In this document: piece by piece, positions 25,187-35,250 of the stretch
Layout: every line of letters starts with the position of its first letter
How positions within the stretch are numbered: position 1 is the stretch's first letter
Assembly: GCA_951406725.2 (NCBI GenBank)
Contig: OX597816.1
Span: forward strand, 180,234,001-180,298,000
Reading direction: 5' to 3'
DNA length: 64,000 nucleotides
Source: Octopus vulgaris
Taxonomy: Eukaryota
Notes under the pieces: model-generated
The model's database searches: none
The model's input: the letters and a program-made list of their open reading frames with translations, nothing else
Told to the model about the DNA's origin: nothing
Made by a program: the position numbers and the translations under genes

Positions 25187-26181
25187 TACTTAAGACTTCG
25201 TTGTGATCTGAACATAACCACTTCTGACACAGAGAATCGGGAGCCCTTTTGGGCATTCTATTTTCCTTACTGGAAGGGTTCCCAGCACATGGGAAAAGGT
25301 GGGGTTAGATGATGGGGTAGTGTTTTCAAAGGACTGGCATGTGCAACCTTATCACCTCTACCAATCAAACTCCCAACTCATACGCTCTCGTCACGACACT
25401 GTTTCTGCAAAACTGGGTTGGGTGTGAAAACCAACTTTAAAGTTTAAATATAGATGTTTTTGAATCAGCAATGTTGTGTTCAGTTAAGTCCTATTTGGGG
25501 TGAAAAATCAATAAACTGATTCCTTATGGGGTTTTCCATTTAATCAGGATAAAAGAAAAACTGATAAACTGGAGGCGCAATGGCCCAGTGGTTAGGGCAG
25601 CGGACTTGCGGTCGGAGGATCGCGGTTTCGATTCCCAGACCGGGCGTTGTGTGTGTTTATTGAGCGAAAACACCTAAAAGCTCCACGAGGCTCCGGCAGG
25701 GGATGGTGGTGATCCCTGCTGTACTCTTTCACCACTCTAAAGGCGGTGCTCCAGCATGGCCGCGGTCGAATGACTGAAACAAGTACAAAAAAAAAAAAAA
25801 AAAAAAAAAACTGATTCCTTATAGGATTTCCCAATAAAATTGGCTACACTCCATTTTCAACCATAACTTTTACCAATTTTGATGTATTTTGTTCAAACTT
25901 GATGCCAGTATTACTTAGAACTCATGGGATCTTTGAATGCTTTAAGTTCTCAAAAAGTGAAAAAATAAAAAAATCGATGAGTGGAAAAAATCGATAAACC
26001 GATTCCTTTTGGAATTACCCAATCAAGTTGTCTGCAACTCATTTTCAGCCAAAAGTTTACCAATTTCAATGGATTTTGCCCAAATTTGACGTCGATGTTA
26101 CTTAGTTTGGTTTGAAGTAAAGAACTTGATTAGCTTAATAATCCTAACTTCTTCCCAAGCAAAGCCGGGCTATACTGCTAG
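24648..26181 (+). mobile_element. Non-autonomous Helitron
   Basis: A|TCTGTATATATATAAAA 5' end; 3' end CCCAAGCAAAGCCGGG imperfect hairpin + CTATACTG-CTAG|T; no TSD (A/T insertion site); internal sub-repeats starting aaaaatcgataaaccgattcctt at ~25503, 25556 and 25985. Confidence 0.75.
25571..25810 (+). mobile_element. Short young SINE with a different tRNA head and the family A tail
   Basis: A box TGGCCCAGTGG, B box GGTTTCGATTCCC, tail taaaggcggtgctccagcatggccgcggtcgaatgactgaaacaagta, poly(A), short AAACT TSD. Confidence 0.8.
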
Positions 26182-26995
26182 TACATATATATGTATGTAT
26201 ATATGTGTATGTATGTATGTGTGTGTTAGTACCTCCATGTATCGACACTATGTGATAGTTGTAAATGAACATTACTTGTTATACAAGCAGTGTCCTTCAT
26301 TTCAACTCATCCATGAAAACATATCCAGTCAAGGAGAAATATGATCTTGCTTAGAAGAGGGTTAGGTTTAGTGGCAGGAAGAGCATCTGGACTTAGAAAA
26401 TTTGCATCAACAAATTCCATCCTACCCATGTAAGCATAGGAAAATAGATGTTAAAATGTTGATGGTGATGATGATATTTGTAAGTAGTAGTACAGTTCTA
26501 TTATTATGAAACACTAAATGATTCTGACAATAGAAACAATACACACACACTCACACACATATATATATATGTTTGTGTATATGTGTGTGTATACATTATA
26601 TATATATATATATATATATATACTAGAAAATGAAGTTTCCTTCTGTCTGTAGCTTGAGTTTCTGAGCTCCTCATTTTTTTTTTATAGTGGAGACAGTAAA
26701 CAGAAATGAAGAAACTCTGAGTAGTAAGAGAAGGAAGTTTCACCTTTAAATACAAGAATAAACTTTATTGCATGCAATGAAAGCTGTTTTGTTTTACCTG
26801 TTTGCAAATTCAAATATACCTCATTAATTTTGGCTCTACTCAAGATCTCTCAGTCTTCATTTCTTTTCTTCATTGTATTTGTGTTTGTCTGCACACTCAT
26901 AAAAAAATTATTTCCTCCTGAATGATTTTGAAGAAATTTCTCTGTAAAATTAATTTTTCGTATTCTAAATATCTGCATTATTTCCTTCATTTCAG

Positions 26996-27078
26996 TTTGC
27001 TGTTTTGTTGTACATAAACGGTGTCATGAATTTGTTACATTTACCTGTCCGGGCGCTGACCAGGGTCCAGACTCTGAT
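26996..27078 (+). CDS. PKC: Internal 83-nt coding exon of a classical protein kinase C (PKC alpha/beta-like), end of C1A zinc finger
   Basis: Acceptor ttatttccttcatttcAG| and donor |GTAAGT. Phase-1 entry translates (V)[27 protein letters not shown], near-identical to the cPKC C1A end [28 protein letters not shown]. Length and phases match my recollection of vertebrate PRKCA exon 3. Flanking exons (GFGKQGFQCQ; PTFCDHCGSLLYG) were not found by eye in the window. Confidence 0.95.
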
Positions 27079-27924
27079 GTAAGTAACTTTTTTTTTTCTC
27101 TCTGTGTTTGTTACAAAAGATTTTCTTCTGCTTGTTGACATTGTTATTTTTCTTGAAGAAATGAGAGAATTACGTGAACATGAGTGATTCTGTCTTTGAC
27201 ATCTAAATAAAGGAAAAGAGAATAAGAAATACTGAGAATTTGTTTGAAAGTCAGAGAGATCAGATAGCAGAACATAAAGCATATGTGATAAATGAGAATA
27301 TGTGTACTTTGACTGATTTTACTTATTCTAATCTACTACTTCCACCTCCAAACTGCTCTTAGTACTATATTACTGGCTTATTCAAAGTTCTCCTTGTTTT
27401 GAAACATGCATCATCTATTCATCCATATTACTAAAACACCCTATATATATATAAACCAGCTTCGAGAAGAAGAAGAAACGAAACCAAACAAATCGAATCG
27501 AATCGACGCGAAGGCGCTCAGTCATACAATAGTGTAATAAATAAAATATATGCATACATACAAACATATATGTACGTACCTACATCTACATGTATATATA
27601 CATGCATATATAAATATATATACGTGTGTACAGGACACCACAAATAGACGTAGAACTCAACGAGAAACGAAAACGTAAAAACAGCATTCCTTTAACAACG
27701 AAAAAACAGAGTACAAGACAACTACACAAGGAAAAATCCCCTTCATCAGCTGTCCCTAGTTCAACTCCAACGTGTTTCGAAGGTGAGGACAGAACACTTC
27801 TCGTCGAACTAATCCTTCCTGCGAAAGAATTAAATAAAATTCCTTTGCAGAGGGGTAAAAACAAGGAAAAAAAAATGTGACAAAAACAGGACGTAAAAAC
27901 AATACAATTAAAAACAAATACAAA

Positions 27925-29179
27925 TGGGTCATCCCATAAATAATGTGGGTTTTTTTTATACTTTTATTTTTCAAAAATTAAGATGAACAAAGTTCTTTTT
28001 TAATCTAAAATATATTCTCCTTCATTTTCTACAATACTCTTCCATCTATGTGGTAGCCTTGCAAAGCCCTTCTCCCAAAATTCACTTGTCCTTGATGAAA
28101 AATACTCCAGTACTGTTCTGACCTTCTCTACAGAATTCATATTTTCTCCCGTCCAAATGATTTTGAAGACTGCGGAATAAATGATAATCAACAGATGGGG
28201 CAATGTCCAGTGAATATGGCATGTGGGGCATCATTTCCCATTCAAACTGCTCCAGTCTTTGGCATGTCATCCTTGCTGTATGTGGCCAAGTATTATCCTG
28301 ATGGAAGAACACCTTTCATCTTGAAACCAAAGGTGGTTGTTTTTCTTCTAGCGCTACCTTAAGCTGCTCACAGCAGATCTCCTTTGTTATTGTTTGGTTT
28401 GGGTTTATAAGTTCAAAGTGGACTAAACCTTTCATATCCCACCAAACAGATAACAACACCTTCCATGGGTGAAGACCTTCTTTAGCCTGGGGTGCCAGTG
28501 TTTCTCCTTTCCCTACTCACTGTCTTTTGGCATTTTTATAGAGAACCCATTTCTCATCACCAGTCACTATTCAGTTCAAAAACGGTTCATTCATGAGATG
28601 TGACAGCAAAGAAGGGCACACATTAACTCTCTGCTTGCAATTAGATTTAGAAAGATTGTGAGGAACTCATTGACCCAGTTTGCTGATATTTTTCGATGGC
28701 ACACAGGTGTCGATGAATGGTTGAATGACCAAATCCAAGCTTTACTTCTCCTTCCTCAACAGTTATGATGAGATTTTGTTCCTCTAGGGTTTGCAGGATA
28801 TCCTTGTTGAACTCTTTAGATATTCCAAGATGAAGCTTGTCTTCTAGCCTGTAGTTTGAAACCACCATTGACACTGGCTTTTGCTTATTGTCCGATCCCC
28901 ATATACTGCAGTACTATTCCTCACACTCTTTGTTGCATTGCTGCCTTTATTGAACTAATAACGCAAAATATGCCGAATATTGACCTTTGTCGCTTCCATT
29001 ATGGCTTTGAAAAAATAACTGTTAAAATTGAACTGCACACTTCAAAACTTACACCAAGAATAAGCACAAGGTAAAATTACCAACTACTTTTATAGCAAGT
29101 TGATGCAGGTAGTTTATCTCATCCACTTCTGACTTTTAGTTCATTCAATTGAAAAAAACCGCATTATATATCAGATGGC

Positions 29180-29183
<4 letters not shown>
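27925..29183 (-). mobile_element. Full-length decayed mariner (DD34D) transposon
   Basis: TIRs tgggtcatcccataaataatgtgggtttttt / aaaaaaccgcattatatatcagatggccca; ~1.26 kb; frameshifted transposase motifs VPHNL, VTGDEKW, HQDNTWPH, PYSLDIAPSVDYHLFRSL. Confidence 0.93.
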
Positions 29184-29211
<28 letters not shown>

Positions 29212-29601
29212 CGTATGTTTATATATATGTATAAATATGTACGTATGTATTCGTATATATATACATATATATATACATAAATTATTAGAGAGTTACCACT
29301 ATGTGGATAGCTCTAGTGCTAAAAATAGCTCTGATAGTATAGCCACAGAAACGATGTTTCCAACTACAAATAACATTACGTTTAATGGAAGGAAAGTGAA
29401 ATATAACGAATAAATAGATTGACCCTGAACAATTGTTTCATTACTAATGTAAATACAATTTTACTTACATAGACATCTATAAATCTTCAGCAGAGGTTTG
29501 TCTTAAATACAATTTATTTCCCTAGTTTTCTGTGCTAAGCCACTCGGTGTTAAATTAATGGTATTATTAAATTAATATCAATTTTTCACCCTCATTTATA
29601 A

Positions 29602-29700
<99 letters not shown>

Positions 29701-29778
29701 CATGTATGTATGTAAGAATTTTTTGCGTAATAAGATAAAAAAACCAAGGCTGTATAGATATTAGAGCATTTATAGATA

Positions 29779-29832
29779 GGTCTTACAGCTGTTTCTAGGA
29801 TATTAATTAATAATATCCCTTCATTGGAGACG
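29779..29832 (-). ncRNA. Minimal type-I hammerhead motif (core mutated)
   Basis: Minus strand gtct-CCAATGA-agggatatta-ttaat-taatatccta-GAAA-cagctg-TA-agac. Stems I and II and the palindromic stem III are intact; the core deviates from CTGATGA. Confidence 0.6.
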
Positions 29833-29968
29833 GTGTGAGAGGAAAAATGAAGTCATGGTATATGTGTGTGTGTGTATATATATATATATATGTAAAAAAA
29901 TACAAACTGGGACAAGAACGCAAAACATTTAGAAGACGATACAAAAAAAACGGACGGGACATTCATAC

Positions 29969-30012
<44 letters not shown>

Positions 30013-30086
30013 GTATCGATATATATATATGTATATATATGTGTATATATATATGTGTGTATGTATGTATATATATGTATGTATAC

Positions 30087-32530
30087 ATAGACTTAATTTT
30101 CAGCAATCACACTGACACTATCAACAATATTGCAGTGGAGAAAACTCTACTCTCTGATCATGACATGGTTCTCTGTGATCTGAGATTTCACTGGCCAAAA
30201 TGCAAAACCAATGTCGTCCATTTGACACTATGTCCATCTATTTGACACTATGGATTTCCACAATACAAACTGGGAAGCTATCAGTAATGATCTTGCACAA
30301 GTCGATTGGTTCTTCACACACACATACACACCCACTAACATCAAAAAGTCCTGGCAGTCAATTGTAGACACCATTACAAACATATGTGCAAAACACCCCC
30401 CATTAAGATCTGCAAACAAATCTAAGTGCAGAATCCCTAGAAATAGAAAAAACTCTCATCAGGAAAATTAAAAGAATTAACAAAAAAATCAGGCTGAAAT
30501 ACTGTCAACAGCAACATACCAACCTGACTGCCATCATATCACTAGAGATTGAAAAACATGCACTCCAAAACAACATGACGTCTATCATCAATAGTCAGAG
30601 AAGAGCTGAAGAGGCCTGGGCCATTGAGAAGATCAAACTCAATCCCAAAATGTTCTTTTCATATGCAAAAAAACACAGAGTCACTGGTTCTGCTGTTGGC
30701 CCTCTGATTGATGAAAATGGTACTCTTCAAGACAATGCCAAAACCATGGGAGAGATGCTGCAGAAACAATACTGCTCTGTTTTCAGCAATCCTGATATGA
30801 CTGATCTGGGCTGTATCAGTGATGTTACTCTTTAATGCACTTTATCGGACATAACCTTTAGTGCCCCTGATGTCTTAGCAGCAATAAAGGACATCAAGCA
30901 TACTTCAGCAGTAGGTCCCGATAGGTTCCCTGCTTGTGTCTTGAAGATGTCTCAACACCAACTTGCACCCCCTCTAGCCAATCTGTGGCGGAACTCACTG
31001 GATGCTGGATATATAACCGAAGACCTTCTATCCCAGTCTGTTGTCCCAGTTTTCAAAAAAGGAAACAAATCGCTTGCCATGAATTACCATCCAATCTCAC
31101 TCACCTCTCATATCATTAAGGTATTTGAGAGAGTGGTGAGATCGCGAATGACTCACTCCCTCGAGAGTCATGATATGCTGAACTCCAACCAGCATGGATT
31201 CCGTAATGGAAGGGATTGCCTGACGCAGCTACTGCATCATTTTGATGACATTTTGAGAGCCTTGGGAGAGGGTTCCAACACTGATGTTATCTATCTTGAT
31301 TTCAGCAAGGCTTTTGACAGGGCTGATCATAAGATCCTTTTGAGAAAGCTGTCCAATATTGGTGTCACTGGAAAGCTGCTGCAGTGGATCAAGTGCTTCC
31401 TGTCAAACAGAACCCAACATGTTGTAGTCGAAGGAGTCAAATCCAGCCCAGCCAAAGTCAGCAGTGGTGTCCCACAAGGCACTGTGTTGGGCCCACTTCT
31501 CTTCATCATCTACATTAATGACATTACTGACATCATCAAACACAGTAACATCAGAATCTTCGCTGATGATTCCTAGCTCCAGAAGGTCATCAATGGTGTG
31601 GATGACCAGATAAGCCTTCAGTCAGATTTACTGGCTGTTGTCCAAGGGGCGGAAAAGAACAACATGTTGCTAAAAGAAGACAAATTCGAACTGATCCACT
31701 TTGGAAGGGAGGACGCTCTGAAACTCCCATACTCCCTTCCTTCTGGTGAAACTCTCATGGCGTCTAACAACATCAGAGACTTGGGAGTAACTGTGGACAA
31801 CATAAGCTGGGCTACACATATAAGCAGCAAAGTTGACATGGCCCTCAGAATGTGTTCCTGGATTCTCAGAACCTTCCAGTCGAGAGATTCCCACACTGTT
31901 ATCCTTCTCTTCTCCACTTTTGCCCGGCCCCACCTTGAATACTGCTGTCCACTGTGGTCTCCCTATACGAAACAAAATATTATGAGAATTGAAGCTCCCC
32001 AAAGGTTAATCACGAAAAAGATAGATGGCATGTCAGACCTCAACTACTGGGGTTGAGTGGAAAAGCTGAAACTGTATTCACTCCAACGACGCCGTGAATG
32101 CTACATTATCTGTATGATGTGGAAAATATTCCATCAGCACTGTCCAAATGATGTTGGCATCACCTTCAAAATACATCCAAGGCTTGGACCGCGTGCCATC
32201 CGCCCAAAACAAACATCTAAATCGCATCTCATAACAACAATACGGCACAATTATTTCACCTCAATTGGACCCGCTCTCTTCAACATTACACCAGGACATG
32301 TCAAAACAGAAACTGACCACACAAAATTCAAGAAGTCATTGGACAAATTCCTTCAAACAGTCCCGGACAAACCACCCACACCCGGATATGTCTACACAAA
32401 CAATAACTCTCTGCTCGAATGGGCCTTGGTGCCCAAATCCTGAATTGAAAGACTTCGCCAGGTGGTGCTGTTAAGTTAGACATGGCCTGGGCCAATACTG
32501 GCCAAAACCTTTCTAAGTTATTCTAAGTTA
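30087..32530 (+). mobile_element. CR1/L2-group LINE, 5'-truncated ORF2 (EN end, RT and C-terminus), pseudogenised
   Basis: IDLIFSN...SDH (endonuclease end), PISLTS, QHGFR, YLDFSKAFD, GVPQGTVLGPLLFIIYIND, FADDS, RPHLEYC, LYSLQRRR; stops and frameshifts; 3' (TTCTAAGTTA)2 tail; flanked by (TA)n-rich tracts. Confidence 0.95.
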
Positions 32531-32532
32531 TG

Positions 32533-32564
<32 letters not shown>

Positions 32565-32614
32565 TGTAGGTATATATATGTATGTATATATGTATGTATA
32601 TGTATGTATATATG

Positions 32615-32653
<39 letters not shown>

Positions 32654-32672
32654 GTATATATATATATGTATA

Positions 32673-32706
<34 letters not shown>

Positions 32707-32707
<1 letters not shown>

Positions 32708-33042
32708 AGGGAGCATGGCTCAGTGGTTAGAGTATCGAGCTTACGATTGTGAGGTTGTGAGTTCGAATCCTGGACCGGGCTGCATGTTGCGTTCTTCAGC
32801 AAGACACTTTATTTCACATTGCTCCAGTTCACTCCGCTGTAGAAATGAGTTGTGACGTCACAGGTGCCAAGCTGTATCGGTCCCTTTGCCTTTCCCTTGG
32901 ATTACACTGGCAGCGTGGAGAGGGGAGGCCGGTATGCATGGGCGACTGTTGGTCTTCCATAAACAACCTTGCCTGGACTTGTGCCTGGGAGGGTAACTTT
33001 CTAGGTGCAATCCCACGGTCAGTCATGACCAAAGGGGGTCTC
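32707..33042 (+). mobile_element. tRNA-derived SINE (family E)
   Basis: A box TGGCTCAGTGG, B box GAGTTCGAATCC, CORE-like cttcagcaagacacttt; related degenerate head at ~63085-63370. Confidence 0.8.
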
Positions 33043-33070
33043 AAAATATATATATATATATATATGTATA

Positions 33071-33135
<65 letters not shown>

Positions 33136-33458
33136 GTATGTATATATGTATATATATATATACACACATATGTATGTATATATGTATATATATATATCTA
33201 TATATATATCTATATATATATATATGCTTATATATGCATATATATATACATATGTATGTATGTATGTATGTATGTATATATATATATATATACATATACG
33301 CTTATATATGTATATATATATATGTATTTATGTATATATGTGTGTATACGTGTATATATATATATGTATGTATATGTATTCATATATATATGTAGGTATG
33401 TATGTGTGTATTTCTGTATATATATGTATGTGTATATATGCATATGTATGTATATATA
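33043..33458. repeat. Compound (TA)/(CT)/(TATG) microsatellite
   Basis: Directly visible; source of the spurious YIYI ORFs. Confidence 0.95.
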
Positions 33459-33774
33459 CCTCAAGGATATGTCCTGGCACTTGCCACCATCTATATCTTT
33501 CTCTTCCTTTACTCAACTGTCCCTTGGGAGTATGTCTGGCACTTTTCCACCATTTCTATCCTCCTGTCTCCCACTCTCTCTCTCTTCTCTTGGGTAACCA
33601 TGTATTTCCTTTGTGACAGCACACCTGTTTCTGTCTTCATTCCTGATCTCTCTCTCTCTCTCTCTCTACCTTGTACCTCTTCTGCACTATAATCTTTCAT
33701 CATCCAACACAAGATCACCTACTCCATTGCTTCCTCCCTTCTCAAAACAGTTTTTTTCCTTTTTTTCTTTTTTA

Positions 33775-34078
33775 GCTTTGCAAGTACTTGCTGACCCTCT
33801 CAGTGCAGGTGCCACTTAAAAGCACCCAGTCCACACTCTAAAGTGGTTGACATCTGGAAGGGCGTCCAGCTGTAAAAACTTTGCTAAAACTGACCTTGCC
33901 TATACTTGTGCCATGTAAAAGGCACCAAGTCTACTCTGCTGAGTGGTTTGTGTTAGGAAGGGCCTCCAGTCCTGCCAAAACTATTACAGAAGTCTGGTGC
34001 AGGCTTCTGCTTGGCCGGCTCTTGTCAAACCATCCCACCCATGCCAGCATAGAAGGTGGGTGTTAGACGATGATGATT
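33775..34078 (+). mobile_element. RTE 3' UTR/tail fragment
   Basis: aaagcacccagtccacact...ccatcccacccatgccagcatagaagg...gatgatgat; similar fragments at 40636-40820(-) and 60328-60640(-). Confidence 0.65.
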
Positions 34079-35218
34079 ATTATATATGTGTATATATATA
34101 TATACAAAAGATAGATAGATAGATTGGTAGATATTTTAATTGAAATCTTATTACTTGGATGATAAAATGCGATTTCAGAAGATGAATGGTTGTCTTTTGT
34201 TATGTTTTAAAAACCAGCTAATAAATAAACAGCCCAATAAGGCAATATGAAGCTCTAAGTAATTACTTGATCTGATAGAAATCAATAGCCAAACCTCCCT
34301 TAAATCCTGCTCCCACTATCTTAAGAAGTAAAGACAACATTGAAAAATGGAGACTGAATTCATAAACATACGGGACAGCCATAGCTGGAATACTCTGCTT
34401 AATTATGGTTGGTAAACAACAACAGCAATTACCAATAATTAAAAATGCTGAGTTAATGCACCTGTAGCATTTTTAATATCCAAATTCTTGATTTTGTTGA
34501 AACTTAATTAAAATGCCTATAGTGTCTATTGTTGGAAATAGAGCTATGAAAGGTTTAAATTTCTTCAAAGCAATTGCTTCTTCTCTGATTACAATCAATA
34601 TAATGCATCAATCCACCCACTACAGATCCTGTATAAATCCTTTACCTTCACTTGTACTTCATCTTTCCTCCAGAATTTCTTTTTTACTCACATACATCTG
34701 TGTTGTAACAATTTAAATCAGACCTAATCAGCAGTACTCTCAGCTAGTCATTCTAATCTAGCTATCCAGGAATATTTCAGAATTCAGGAAGGTTTTACCC
34801 TCTTCTTCTTATTTCTCTTTCCTGCTCTCTATCTCACCCAGTTCCTCTCCCCTGTCAGTGTATGATCTCTCACATCATTATGCATTTCCTATCATTTGCT
34901 GCCAGTAGCTCAAACACAGAGGATGTAAAAGTCTTCTGTCTGTTTTTTCCCAGTCAGCTCAACCCTGAAGAAGAGCTTTGTCCAAAACATTGGAAACTCC
35001 ACTTCCCATGGCAATATTACTTCACTCATCAAGGCAGCAACACAGACACAATCATTAGTATAATCTACACAACAAATAAAAAATCATCAAAATAACACTC
35101 AGAGTATCAAAACAAACCCCACAACAAAGTACATATAAAATGTTGCATAATGCAGTTCCATACCAAAAACCAATGCTGCACTTGGTGATGCAGCAAAAGC
35201 TCACACAAAACTGTTTAA

Positions 35219-35250
<32 letters not shown>

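Larger units (their letters stand above)
24470..26475 (+). mobile_element. Family A-head/RTE-tail SINE split by a Helitron
   Basis: Head and CORE at 24470-24647; microsatellite and RTE-type tail resume at 26182-26475, matching 1550-1775. Confidence 0.7.

Noticed and set aside
26992-27282. 96-aa minus-strand ORF
   Set aside because: Antisense shadow over the real PKC exon; no recognisable motifs.
32707-32780. tRNA-like sequence (also 25571-25645)
   Set aside because: No proper acceptor stem and it continues into a SINE body; a SINE head, not a tRNA gene.
32518-33616. Long ORFs rich in YIYI/CVCV (also 2188-2500, 24874-25312, 59499-59814)
   Set aside because: Translations of microsatellites, not genes.
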